Shown here: one piece after another, positions 37,932-47,267 of the stretch
Layout of the letters: every line of letters starts with the position of its first letter
Position numbering within the stretch: position 1 is the first letter of the stretch
Source: Verrucomicrobiota bacterium
GTDB taxonomy: Bacteria; Verrucomicrobiota; Verrucomicrobiia; Limisphaerales; CANJSG01
Length of the DNA: 64,000 nt
Assembly (NCBI GenBank): GCA_038209745.1
Contig: JBBQXJ010000003.1
Location: 38,171 to 102,170, forward strand
Direction of reading: 5' to 3'
Notes under the pieces: model-generated
Told to the model about the DNA's origin: nothing
Databases searched by the model: none
Seen by the model: only the letters and a program-made list of their open reading frames with translations
Translations under genes and position numbers: made by a program

Positions 37932-40900
37932 ATGAAGAGAACACGCCCAATAAGATTCCTGCTGAAGGAGATGGCCGCCGCCATTGCTGCTGCGGCGCTC
38001 ATGCTCGGTGCCGCCGATGGAGCCACGACTGTAGGCCTCAACTTCCAGAGCGATGCCGGCCCCTCCACCGGCTACTCCGGCAAGCATGTCACTGGAACCG
38101 CCTTTGGCATCGAGACCACGAATTGGTTCAATCTCACGCCGACACCGGATTTCGCGATCAGCACGAATTCCCAGACCGTCGCGTTGCCTTCCGGCGGTGA
38201 AGTGACTCTCACCTGGAGGGCGAACAACGCGTATGAAAGTCTGATCAACAATGACGGCATGCTCGGGGTGCCGCCGGGGGAAGACGAAGTGTTCTGGGGC
38301 TACTTGGACGATTCGGGGCCCGGCTATCAATTCAAGATTTCCGGCCTTCGCGGTGTGGCTGCCGACTACAAGATTGTGGCGATAGCGGCGACCGATGGCG
38401 GAGTCGGTTTCAGCGATGTGACCGTGAAAACGGCGATGGAAACGAACGTGGTCAACTACACCAACGATCCCGGTCAGACCGTGCCGGTGGGCGGAGCCGC
38501 TTGGGCGACCAGCACGGTTTCCACCGCCTTCGCGACCCTTTCGGCCAACGACTCGGTCTCGATCGCCGGCCTGCCGCGCAATGGAAGCACGCGGTCCACC
38601 TTGGCGGGAATCATCCTCCAATATACGCCGGGAGTGAACGCTCCATTGGTCGAGACCCAGCCCTCGACGCCAGCCGGAACGATCTTCAAGGGAACCTCGT
38701 TCGTCCTGTCCAGTGCCGCGTCGGGGACCGCGCCGCTCGCCTATCAGTGGCGTCTCGCCGGCGCCCCGATCCCGGGAGCGACGAATGCCGCCTACACCAA
38801 TCTCAGCGCCGTGCTCGCCGACGTGGGCGACTACGATTTGGTGGTCACCAATCTCTTCGGCATGGCCACCAGTTCGGCCGCTGCCGTTGCCGTCACGGAT
38901 GTCATCCGGCCGACGATCACCACGGCGCCGATCTCCCGATCCGCATATCCCGGCTACGACGTCGCCTTCAAGGTCGTGGGGAGCGGCGGTTCGCTTTCGT
39001 ACCTTTGGAAGAAGGGCATGGATCCGATTCCCGGCGCAACCGGTGCGACGCTGGTTTTGTCCAACGTCACTGCGGCCAATGCGGGCACCTACACGGTGAC
39101 GGTGAGCAATCCGGTCGGCAGTGTGGACGGTTCGGCAACCCTCGCCGTTCTGACTCCGGGTGCCTATGACGGCGCTGTGGCCGGCCTGAGGCCGTTTTCC
39201 TATGTCCGGCTCAACGAAACGGGAACCATTCCCGCCGACACGGCCGCAAACGCGGGCTCCTTCGGCGCTTCCGGCGCCGGGCTCTATCGCTCCGGCGCCG
39301 TTCATCCCGTGTCCGGCGCGTTGGCTTCGGGCACGGGCACGGCCGCGCACTTCGACGGCAGCGCTTCGCACGTCCTCGTGCCGTTTGCTCCGGAACTGAA
39401 TCCGGTCGCGGCCTTCACCTTCGAAGTTTGGCTCAATCCCGACGTCGCGCTGTCGGGCACCACGCTGAAATCGCCGCTCTCCTGCGGCGACTTCGCCAGC
39501 CCGCGCGCGGGTTGGCTGGTCTATCAGAGCGCCACCGGCTGGAACCTGCGCCTCTACAACCAGACCGGGATCGCCACTTCTCTCGACGTCACCGGCGGCA
39601 CGGCTCCCGTGGCCGGCACCTGGTATCACATTGCCGGAACCTATGACGGCACGACCGCGACGCTCTATGTCAACGGCTCGGCGGTCGCGTCCGGTGCTCC
39701 GACGAGCTACGTGCCGGGCACGGCCGGGGGATTCGCCGTCGGCATGCGCTCCGACTCCGCCTTCCAGTGGGCGGGTGCGGCCGATGAGCCCGCCTTCTAC
39801 TCCTCCGCGCTGAGCGGTGCACGGATCCTCGCCCATTTTGAGGCGGGCACCAACGCGGCCCCGGCGACCTCCTACTCGGCCGAAGTGCTGGCGGATTCCC
39901 CGGTGGTCTATCTCAAGCTCGACGAGCCGACGTTTGAAGGGAAGAAGTCCCCGAATCTCGGGACTTGGGGGCCGGTCTACGACGGCGTCTACGGTTCGTT
40001 CAGTTCAACGCTTTCCGGCGATCCTGGAATCTATCTTGGAGTCAACGGCCCGCGGCCGCCGGGCGTCCCCGGCTTCGAAGCCGACAACAGAGCCCTCCAG
40101 ATGACGAACGGAACGGTGAACCTCGGGGTGTTCGGCTTGAACACCAACGCCCTGACCATCACCTGCTGGGTCAAGCGCGACGCGGTCCAACCGGGCGATC
40201 TTGCCGGGCTGGTCTTCGAGCGTTCCTCCACCGAGGCGACCGGGCTTCACATGATGCCGGACGGCGAGCTTCGCTACCATTGGAACGACACTCAATACGG
40301 CTGGAGTTCCGGTCTGGTTCCGCCCGTGGGGCAATGGACCTTTGTTGCGCTCGTCGTCGAACCGACCCAGGCCACCATGTATATGGACGCCGGCTCGGGG
40401 CTGGTGTCCGCCGTCAACAGCGCGACGCACGTCAAGGTGGCGTTCGCCAGTTCCATGAACATCGGCAACGACCGGATCGCACGGCCCTATGCGGGCGCGA
40501 TCGACGAGGTCGCGGTCTTCAACCGTCCGCTCTCCGCCGGTGAAATCTCGCTCTTGTCGCTGGCCGCTTCGGGCAATTCCGTTTCGCTGGAACTGGCGTC
40601 CGGAGGCGTGATCCAGGACGTGAAGCCTACCGGCACGTTGCACCACGGCTTCAGCCATGCCACTTCCTGGCAAGCCTCGTTCCAAGACGCCGCCTTGGTA
40701 ACCCGCACCGGCGTCCGCAAGTTTTCGGCGGCCGAAGGTGGCCAGGTCACCGTCCCGGCCGACCCGGACTTCGACTCCTCCACCGGCACCATCACGTTCT
40801 GGATCCGAGCCACGGCTCCGATTCCTGGCCCCGGCAATGAAGCTGCCATCCTCTTCGACCGCCGCGACACAACCGGCGACGTCATCGCGTTGAACGACAC

Positions 40901-41438
40901 CGGTGCCATCTTCGTGCAGGCGAAGGGCGTCGGCGGCGCTTCCGCCAATACCATCTCTGGAGGCTATCTTCCGGATGATCTCTGGCACCACGTCGCCTAC
41001 GTCTACGACCAATCCGCCTCCGGCTCGATCAAGGTCTATGTCGACGGCGTCCTCACCATCAACAATCCGAACACCATTGCTTGGAGCTGGCCTGTGGCAC
41101 GTCCGCTGGAGATCGGCAGGTCGCACGACGGCTACTGGAAGCGGTTCGACGGGTTGATGGACGACTTCCGCGTCTACAACCGGGTGTTGAGCGAATCGGA
41201 AGTCGGACAGATCTTCAGCAGCAACGCCTTGGTGGATGGCGGCGCTTTGCGGCTCCGTTTCGACTTCGACAAAGGGACTTTCGGCAAGAGCGTCGTCTGG
41301 CAATACGGCACGCTGGAAAGTACGCCGGTTCTGGGACCCGCTGCCACTTGGTTGCCTGTTCCAGGAGCCACGTCGCCCTTCAGCTTCCTGCCTGAAAACG
41401 GCGGAGCCGGCTTGTTCTTCCGCACCCGGGTTCCCTGA
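37932..41438 (+). CDS. large secreted protein: N-terminal beta domain, 2 Ig-like, about 3 LamG-like (concanavalin-A-type) domains
   Basis: 1168 aa with a signal peptide. Ig-like repeats carry YQWRLAGAPIPGAT...GDYDLVVTN and YLWKKGMDPIPGAT...GTYTVTVSN. LamG-like units carry FTFEVWLNP...WYHIAGTYDG...LYVNG, ITCWVKRD...WTFVALV and TITFWIRA...WHHVAYVYD...VYVDG..DDFRVYNRVLS. Confidence 0.85.
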   Translation: MKRTRPIRFLLKEMAAAIAAAALMLGAADGATTVGLNFQSDAGPSTGYSGKHVTGTAFGIETTNWFNLTPTPDFAISTNSQTVALPSGGEVTLTWRANNAYESLINNDGMLGVPPGEDEVFWGYLDDSGPGYQFKISGLRGVAADYKIVAIAATDGGVGFSDVTVKTAMETNVVNYTNDPGQTVPVGGAAWATSTVSTAFATLSANDSVSIAGLPRNGSTRSTLAGIILQYTPGVNAPLVETQPSTPAGTIFKGTSFVLSSAASGTAPLAYQWRLAGAPIPGATNAAYTNLSAVLADVGDYDLVVTNLFGMATSSAAAVAVTDVIRPTITTAPISRSAYPGYDVAFKVVGSGGSLSYLWKKGMDPIPGATGATLVLSNVTAANAGTYTVTVSNPVGSVDGSATLAVLTPGAYDGAVAGLRPFSYVRLNETGTIPADTAANAGSFGASGAGLYRSGAVHPVSGALASGTGTAAHFDGSASHVLVPFAPELNPVAAFTFEVWLNPDVALSGTTLKSPLSCGDFASPRAGWLVYQSATGWNLRLYNQTGIATSLDVTGGTAPVAGTWYHIAGTYDGTTATLYVNGSAVASGAPTSYVPGTAGGFAVGMRSDSAFQWAGAADEPAFYSSALSGARILAHFEAGTNAAPATSYSAEVLADSPVVYLKLDEPTFEGKKSPNLGTWGPVYDGVYGSFSSTLSGDPGIYLGVNGPRPPGVPGFEADNRALQMTNGTVNLGVFGLNTNALTITCWVKRDAVQPGDLAGLVFERSSTEATGLHMMPDGELRYHWNDTQYGWSSGLVPPVGQWTFVALVVEPTQATMYMDAGSGLVSAVNSATHVKVAFASSMNIGNDRIARPYAGAIDEVAVFNRPLSAGEISLLSLAASGNSVSLELASGGVIQDVKPTGTLHHGFSHATSWQASFQDAALVTRTGVRKFSAAEGGQVTVPADPDFDSSTGTITFWIRATAPIPGPGNEAAILFDRRDTTGDVIALNDTGAIFVQAKGVGGASANTISGGYLPDDLWHHVAYVYDQSASGSIKVYVDGVLTINNPNTIAWSWPVARPLEIGRSHDGYWKRFDGLMDDFRVYNRVLSESEVGQIFSSNALVDGGALRLRFDFDKGTFGKSVVWQYGTLESTPVLGPAATWLPVPGATSPFSFLPENGGAGLFFRTRVP

Positions 41439-41468
41439 TAGGACACCCCCACACAGGCAAACCAAGGC

Positions 41469-41498
41469 GGCCGGGAGCGATCCCGGCCGCTCTTTTTT
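41469..41498 (+). terminator. rho-independent terminator after the LamG gene
   Basis: GGCCGGGA-gcga-TCCCGGCC followed by gcTCTTTTTT. Confidence 0.65.
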
Positions 41499-41552
41499 AC
41501 GGCTGTTCCGCGTCGCCATTGGCCTTCGACCCGCGCGGATCTGGCGGCGGCG

Positions 41553-42160
41553 ATGGATCGATTGAGTCCAGGCGAGATCACGGCGGCACGCTCCCGTTAC
41601 CTGAAGAGCCTGCTGCGCGAAGCGCGCAAGGGTCCGGACACATGGGTCTTGGTCGACAAGAACCCGTCGGTCACCGGCCTGCTGCATCTTTTCCTGCGCA
41701 TTTTCCCGGAGCTCAGGGTGGTCATCACGCTCCGTGATCCGCGCGACGTGGGGTGGGCTGCTATTTCCAGAGCCTGATGCTCAACGGCACCAAGGTGAAC
41801 TTCCTCTCCCTGGAGCGAACGGCGAGGCACTACGCGGATCTCATCGACACATGGCTGCGGCTACGGGAGCTCGGCGGCTTCGACTCGATCGAAACCCGCT
41901 AAGAGGACGTGGTCGACGACGTGGAACGGAAAGAGCGCAAGGTCACTGAATTTCTGGGACTGGAATGGCGATCAGGCCAGGCGCGTTTCCATGAAAACAG
42001 TCGGCGGAAGTTCGGCCATGCCCCGACCTATCACGACGTGACCCGGCCCGTGTATCGACGGGCGCTGAAACGGTGGGAACGCTATGCTGAAGCGCTGGAG
42101 CCCTTTCAAGCGAAGCTGGATCCGTCTCTGAACGCCTTTGGCCATGCGGCTTTGCCGTAA
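41553..42160 (+). pseudogene. sulfotransferase-family gene remnant (5'-truncated, frameshift, in-frame TAA)
   Basis: VLVDKNPSVTGLLHLFLRIFPELRVVITLRDPRDV, then a frame change inside gtggggtggg (41748-41759) to CYFQSLMLN. TAA at 41900-41902 sits where IETR-Y-EDVV is expected. The N-terminal PAPS-binding loop is absent. Confidence 0.6.
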
Positions 42161-42166
42161 GAGGTC

Positions 42167-43240
42167 CTACCGCCCCAGATACTTCAGCACCGCTTCGGTG
42201 CGACTGTGGATGTGCAGCTTTTCGTAGACGCTCCGGAGGTGGGTGCGGACGGTCTCGAGGCTGATGTTCAAGAGGTCGGCGATTTCCTTGTAGGAATGAC
42301 CCTTGGCCAGAGCGGCCAGGACCTGGCTTTCGCGAGTTGGTAAGCGTGCGGATCTCGGGCGCGCGCTGGACCTCTTTCGGCGCTTCGTTGATCTCCTGGA
42401 AGAACTGGACGACACGTCGCGCGATCTGCCGGGACATCGGTGCGCCGCCGCTGGTGATCTCGCGGATGGCGCCGCCCGACAATCCGTCCTCGTGGCGGAA
42501 CGGGATGAACCTTCCACCGCGGAGCTGGAACAGGCCGTCGTCCAACCATCCCGCCCAGATCGAGCCGTCCGGACCCTCCGCGAGGGACGAGATGTAGGCC
42601 AGAGCAAGCCCGTTCGACAGGTTGAACTCGGCCCATTGACCGTTTCGACGACAAAGCACGATGCCATTTCCGATCAAGGCCCAAAGGCGTCCTCGGTGGT
42701 CATGGAGCAAGCAGCAGGAAAGGATTCTTCGCGACTCGTTGGGACCGAACTCCTCATGAAGACGTCCTTCGGTGAACTCGAAAAGTCCACGCGTTGCGGT
42801 GGCGATCCACACAGATCCGTCGCGATCACTGAGGAAGCTGGCGCCCGGGGCGCCTTCCAGAGCGGCCAATGCCGACGCGTCCACGAACTGTCCGCCTTCC
42901 CACAGGCAGACCCCGGCGCGCGTCCCGATCCAGATTCGGCCCTGCTGGTCGAGTTCGAGAGCGTTCACCGTGTCGCTGCCGGGACCGCGAATCGGAAGGC
43001 CTAGCATCTTGGTTTGGCCATTGCGGAAACGGCAAAGGCCGCCGCTGGTGCCGATCTATAAAGGGCCGTTCTCGTCTTCTTGAAGCGCTCGGATTTCCAG
43101 CGCGGGAAGGCCTTCCCGAAGACCGAATCGCGTGAAGCGAATGCCGTCGAAGCGGGCGAGTCCGTCGCGGGTTCCCGGCCAAAGGTAGCCGTCCCGCGCC
43201 GGTGCTCCGGCAACCCCCTGCTTGGGCGTCGGGAGGTCGA
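42167..43240 (-). pseudogene. beta-propeller (two-component-regulator propeller type) - LuxR HTH gene, disrupted
   Basis: Propeller repeats include DGYLWPGTRDGLARFDG, GRIWIGTRAGVCLW, GSVWIATATRGLFEF and GSIWAGWLDDGLFQL. In-frame TAG at 43046-43048 falls where GPLWIGT is expected. A frameshift near 42337 lies just before LT/TRESQVLAALAKGHSYKEIADLL...TVRTHLRSVYEKL. No start codon or signal peptide is present. Confidence 0.6.
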
Positions 43241-43246
43241 GCCAAC

Positions 43247-43276
43247 GAAAAAGGCCCGGATCCTGCGATCCGGGCC
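43247..43276 (-). terminator. rho-independent terminator after the cyclophilin gene
   Basis: The minus strand reads GGCCCGGATC-gcag-GATCCGGGCC followed by TTTTT. Confidence 0.65.
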
Positions 43277-43296
43277 TCTTTGATGATCAGGGAAGA

Positions 43297-43917
43297 TTAT
43301 TTCACTTCGCTGGCGGGGACGATCTTGATGCTGGTGACGCCCATGCGCTTGTCGGGGCGATCCTGCGGGTGGGTCGGAGTCGTGGCGATCTTCTCGAGGA
43401 CGTCTTCGCCTTTGATCACCTTACCGAAGGCAGTGTATTGGCCGTCGAGGAAGCTGGGGGTGCCGTGGCAGATGAAGAACTGGCTCCCGGCGGAGTTCGG
43501 ATCCTGCGAACGAGCCATGGAGAGCACACCCTTGGTGTGGGGCTTCTTGTTGAACTCGGCCTTGATCTTGTAGCCGGGACCGCCGGTGCCCCAACGGGCT
43601 TCGGCCGCAGGATCCTTGGTCAACGGATCGCCGCCCTGGATCATGAAGCCTTTGATGACACGGTGGAAACAGGTGCCGTCGTAAAAGCCTTCGCGGGCGA
43701 GTTTCTTGAAGTTTTCGACATGACCGGGGGCTACGTCGGGCCAGAATTCTAGGACCATGACCCCTTCGGTGGTGGTGATGACGGCGACTTCGTTGGTGGT
43801 GCTCACTGGTTTCTTTTCTTCCTTTTTCGGGGTTTCAACAGCCTGCCCGGGAGTGGTCTCGGCCGCGAAGAGCGGCAGGGCCAAACCGACGAGCAGAGAG
43901 AATAGGATGGATTTCAT
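43297..43917 (-). CDS. peptidylprolyl isomerase (cyclophilin type), secreted
   Basis: 206 aa from the ATG at 43915-43917 with a signal peptide. FHRVIKGFMIQGGDP, SMARSQDPNSAGSQFFI. Confidence 0.92.
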   Translation of the reverse strand: MKSILFSLLVGLALPLFAAETTPGQAVETPKKEEKKPVSTTNEVAVITTTEGVMVLEFWPDVAPGHVENFKKLAREGFYDGTCFHRVIKGFMIQGGDPLTKDPAAEARWGTGGPGYKIKAEFNKKPHTKGVLSMARSQDPNSAGSQFFICHGTPSFLDGQYTAFGKVIKGEDVLEKIATTPTHPQDRPDKRMGVTSIKIVPASEVK

Positions 43918-43954
43918 AAATCGGATGTTTGGACGACCAGGGACCCGTGCGCGT

Positions 43955-44173
43955 TCAACGCTCACGGAAGACGATCCGGGCCTTCGACAAGTCGTAGGGC
44001 GACATCGCCACCTGGACCTGGTCGCCGACACTGATGCGGATGAAGTTCTTTCGCATCTTGCCCGAGATGTGGGCAAGCACTTCGTGCCCATTGGGCAATT
44101 TGACGCGGAACATCGTCCCGGGCAGGACCTGGGACACGGTTCCAGTCAGCTGGATGTGGTCTTCCTTTGGCAC
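43955..44173 (-). CDS. infA: translation initiation factor IF-1
   Basis: 72 aa. [13 protein letters not shown]...[39 protein letters not shown]. Confidence 0.95.
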   Translation of the reverse strand: MPKEDHIQLTGTVSQVLPGTMFRVKLPNGHEVLAHISGKMRKNFIRISVGDQVQVAMSPYDLSKARIVFRER

Positions 44174-44284
44174 AGCGACTCAAATTGTTCTGGGGCAACC
44201 CCGATTCATTCGGGGCAAGCGGAGTTACGCTGCCAACGTCCCTTTTGAAATCAAGGGAAAGTTGCCGCCCAGCTGCTGCCACGC

Positions 44285-45910
44285 CTACGGCGTGCGCCGT
44301 TTTTCGATGCCAAGTGCCTTGAGCCGTGAAGCGAGAGTCGTGGGGCGCATGCCGAGCAACTCGGCCGCGCCACCTGGTCCAAAGATCTTCCCTCGGGTGA
44401 TGGCGAGGGCGGCCTCGATGCTCTCGCGCTCGCGGCGCTTCAGCTCGTTGCGGGTAGGCACCGGGTCGCCGACGGCGATGGGCTGGGTCGTGTGTCTGGG
44501 CATCTCCGGGGACGGCAGATCAAAACGCAGGGGGCCGCCCTGGGATAGGATCACGGCGCGTTCCGCGGCATTCTGGAGCTCGCGGATGTTGCCCGGCCAA
44601 TCGTAGGCGCTCAGTTGGTCCACGTGCCCCTGGGTCAGTCGTGGTGTGGGACGGTTCATCTTGGCGGCGGTTTGACGGACAAAATGGAGGGCGAGCGGCC
44701 CGATGTCGTCACGGCGTTCTCGCAAGGCAGGAACCTCGATCGGGAAGACGCTGAGGCGGTAGAAGAGGTCCTGGCGGAACCGACCGGCATCCACCTCGCT
44801 CTTCAGGTTGCGATTGCTGGCAGCGACGATGCGGACGTTGATCTTGCGGGGCCGTGTTTCACCGACGCGTTCGATCTCCTGCTCCTGGAGGACACGAAGG
44901 AGCTTGGACTGCATGGCGAGCGGCAGCTCCCCGATTTCATCCAGAAAGAGCGTGCCGCCATCCGCCAGTTCGAAGCGGCCGGGCTTGTCCTTCAAGGCCC
45001 CGGTGAACGCGCCCCGTGCGTGGCCGAAGAATTCGCTCTCGAACAGGTTCTCGGGAATGGCACCGCAGTTGACCTTGATCAACGGCCGGCCGCGTCTCGG
45101 GCTTCGTTCATGGAGGGCGCGGGCGACGAGTTCTTTGCCGGTGCCGCTTTCGCCGTGGATCAGGACGGCGGCGTCGGTCGGCGCGACGAGTTCAATTTGC
45201 TGGAGAACCTTCCTGAGCACGGGGCTTTGTCCGACGATGTCCCGCGTGCCGAGGGCTTCGGTGACTTCCTCGCGGAGGTAGACGTTCTCCTGTTCGAGCC
45301 GCGCCTTGAGCGCCTCGATCTCCTCGAAGGCGCGCGCATTGGCGATGGCCACGGCGGCATGGTTCGCGAAGCTCTGGAGCCTCTCAAAATCTCCGGGTCG
45401 AAAGGCCGTCCGGCTGAACACGCCGAGCACCGCCAACGTTTCATCCCGGAAGATCAGCGGATGGCCGGAGAAGGTGATGATCCGCTCCGTGCGCACCCAG
45501 TCGGGACGCGCGATCCATGTCGAGTCGTTGGCCATCTCCGGAATGACGATCGGTTGGCCGGTGGCCGCAATGTGGCCGATCTTGCGGACGCCGATGGGGA
45601 ACCGGCGGAAATGGCCGTTGAGCCGCGACCAATCTTCCGACTTGTCGGTGGGGGTGCCGACGCTCGCCACGAGGTGGAGGCACTTTGACTGGTCCGGACA
45701 TTCGCTCTTGAACCGGCATTCGCCACAGATGTCGCCCGGTGCGACGCGCCAGATCCGGACGAGGGCGGCGTCCAGACAGGCTTCGGTCTTGGTTGTGAAC
45801 CCGCCGCCTGTCATGTCCGCGATGCCCTCGACGATTTTCTGGAGGACTGCCGCGACGGACCGCTGCTGGGCGATAGCGAAGATCACCTCGTGCAGGGCAT
45901 TCATGTTCAT
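44285..45910 (-). CDS. sigma-54-dependent transcriptional activator with N-terminal Cys-rich GAF domain
   Basis: 541 aa. GAF-like N-terminus with CGECRFKSECPDQSKC. AAA+ core has GESGTGKE, GAFTGA and ESEFFGH. C-terminal Fis-type HTH (AAELLGMRPTTLASRLKALGI). Confidence 0.9.
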   Translation of the reverse strand: MNMNALHEVIFAIAQQRSVAAVLQKIVEGIADMTGGGFTTKTEACLDAALVRIWRVAPGDICGECRFKSECPDQSKCLHLVASVGTPTDKSEDWSRLNGHFRRFPIGVRKIGHIAATGQPIVIPEMANDSTWIARPDWVRTERIITFSGHPLIFRDETLAVLGVFSRTAFRPGDFERLQSFANHAAVAIANARAFEEIEALKARLEQENVYLREEVTEALGTRDIVGQSPVLRKVLQQIELVAPTDAAVLIHGESGTGKELVARALHERSPRRGRPLIKVNCGAIPENLFESEFFGHARGAFTGALKDKPGRFELADGGTLFLDEIGELPLAMQSKLLRVLQEQEIERVGETRPRKINVRIVAASNRNLKSEVDAGRFRQDLFYRLSVFPIEVPALRERRDDIGPLALHFVRQTAAKMNRPTPRLTQGHVDQLSAYDWPGNIRELQNAAERAVILSQGGPLRFDLPSPEMPRHTTQPIAVGDPVPTRNELKRRERESIEAALAITRGKIFGPGGAAELLGMRPTTLASRLKALGIEKRRTP

Positions 45911-45952
45911 GCTGTTAAAAGCTACGTAGGTTCGTAAACGAGGCGACTAAAT

Positions 45953-45967
45953 TTCGTAGTCTACGAA
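45953..45967. promoter_or_regulatory. 15-bp perfect palindrome TTCGTAG-T-CTACGAA (candidate enhancer/UAS)
   Basis: Lies 43 nt upstream of the activator ATG, in the divergent region. Related CGTAG/TACG half-sites occur at 45922-45935 and 45971-45976. Confidence 0.4.
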
Positions 45968-46043
45968 CTGTCGTAGTGGATGGGACGGCGACGATTTTGT
46001 AGAAAAGCCAATGATCCCAACATTTTCAGCGCGCGCGAAGGGC

Positions 46044-46058
46044 TGGCACAACTCATGT
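46044..46058 (+). promoter_or_regulatory. weak sigma-54 -24/-12 candidate
   Basis: TGGCAC-aactc-ATGT has the correct GG to G spacing, but -12 reads GT instead of GC. It lies about 63 nt upstream of the ATG at 46121. Confidence 0.3.
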
Positions 46059-46120
46059 GATAGGGGGGGGAGTAGTGCTGCACACCGCAGCGATGAACCA
46101 GAAAACGAAAGCAACATATC

Positions 46121-46702
46121 ATGAATCGCATCGCCCAACTCGATCCCGCCCAGACTTCCGGCAAGGCCCAGCAGCTCTTCACTGCCGTCCAAGCCAAGCT
46201 CGGGATCGTCCCCAACCTCGTCCGGGTTCTCGGTAATTCCCCGGCCGCTCTTGAATCGTATCTGGGCTTCAGCGGTGCGCTCGCTGGCGGAGTGCTCAGC
46301 GCCCGGATCCGGGAGCAGATCTCTCTCGTCGTCGCGGAGACAAATCTCTGCGGCTACTGCCTCAGCGCCCACACCTACCTCGGGTCCAAGCTGGGTCTGA
46401 GCGAAGCCGAGATCGCAGGCGCCCGCCGCGCCACCGCCACGCCCGTTCGGGACGACGCCGTTTTGAAGTTGGCCCGCGCCATCGTCCTACAACGTGGAGA
46501 AATCTCCGACGCCGATCTCGCGGCCGCGAAGGGTGCCGGCTTGAACGACGCCGAGCTCGTCGAGGTCGTCGCCAACGTCTCACTCAACATCTTCACGAAC
46601 TACCTGAACCATGTGGCCCGCACCGTGGTGGACTTTCCGGAAGTGAAGCCCGGCGCGACCGAACCCGCCTCCGGCGCCGACGGTAGCAGCGGTGCGCATT
46701 GA
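46121..46702 (+). CDS. carboxymuconolactone decarboxylase (AhpD-like) family protein
   Basis: 193 aa. NLCGYCLSAH CxxC motif typical of AhpD-like alkylhydroperoxidase-fold proteins. Confidence 0.85.
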   Translation: MNRIAQLDPAQTSGKAQQLFTAVQAKLGIVPNLVRVLGNSPAALESYLGFSGALAGGVLSARIREQISLVVAETNLCGYCLSAHTYLGSKLGLSEAEIAGARRATATPVRDDAVLKLARAIVLQRGEISDADLAAAKGAGLNDAELVEVVANVSLNIFTNYLNHVARTVVDFPEVKPGATEPASGADGSSGAH

Positions 46703-46804
46703 GATTCTACGGGATCCGGGAGTGGCGCGGCTAGCTGGCCTGCTGCCCCGGGTCCGTCCCCCGTTCTTCCCGTTGCCAGATTCCTTTTCCCCAGAGCCAA
46801 CATC

Positions 46805-47236
46805 ATGACCACTCGTCCTCCGCTGCCGCCCTTCACCGAGGAAAGCGCGCGCCAAAAGATCCGGGCCGCCGAAGACGCCTGGAACAGCCGCGATCCGGAA
46901 CGCGTCGCTCTCGCCTACACCGAAGATTCCCATTGGCGGAACCGGTCCGACTTCCTTACTGGCCGCGCCGAGATCGTCGCCTTTCTCCGCGTCAAATGGG
47001 CGCGGGAACTCGACTATCGTTTGCGCAAGGAACTGTGGGCCTTCACCGGCCACCGCATCGCGGTGCGGTTCGAATACGAATTCCACGATGTCCAAGGGGG
47101 TTGGTACCGCGCCTACGGCAACGAGAACTGGGAATTCGCCGCGAACGGTCTCATGCAGCGTCGGTTCGCCAGCATCAACGACGTCGCCATCGCGGAGGCC
47201 GACCGCAAGTTCCGGTGGGAACGTCCCGCCGCCTGA
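46805..47236 (+). CDS. DUF1348 family protein (NTF2/SnoaL-like fold)
   Basis: 143 aa. [41 protein letters not shown]. Confidence 0.8.
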   Translation: MTTRPPLPPFTEESARQKIRAAEDAWNSRDPERVALAYTEDSHWRNRSDFLTGRAEIVAFLRVKWARELDYRLRKELWAFTGHRIAVRFEYEFHDVQGGWYRAYGNENWEFAANGLMQRRFASINDVAIAEADRKFRWERPAA

Positions 47237-47267
47237 AACACGACACTCCCCTCAACCCTCCTGCGAC

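Noticed and set aside
37758-39836. 692-aa ORF antisense to the LamG gene
   Set aside because: It is Arg/Gly/Asp-rich low-complexity sequence with no motifs. It is a typical GC-driven shadow ORF opposite a well-supported gene.
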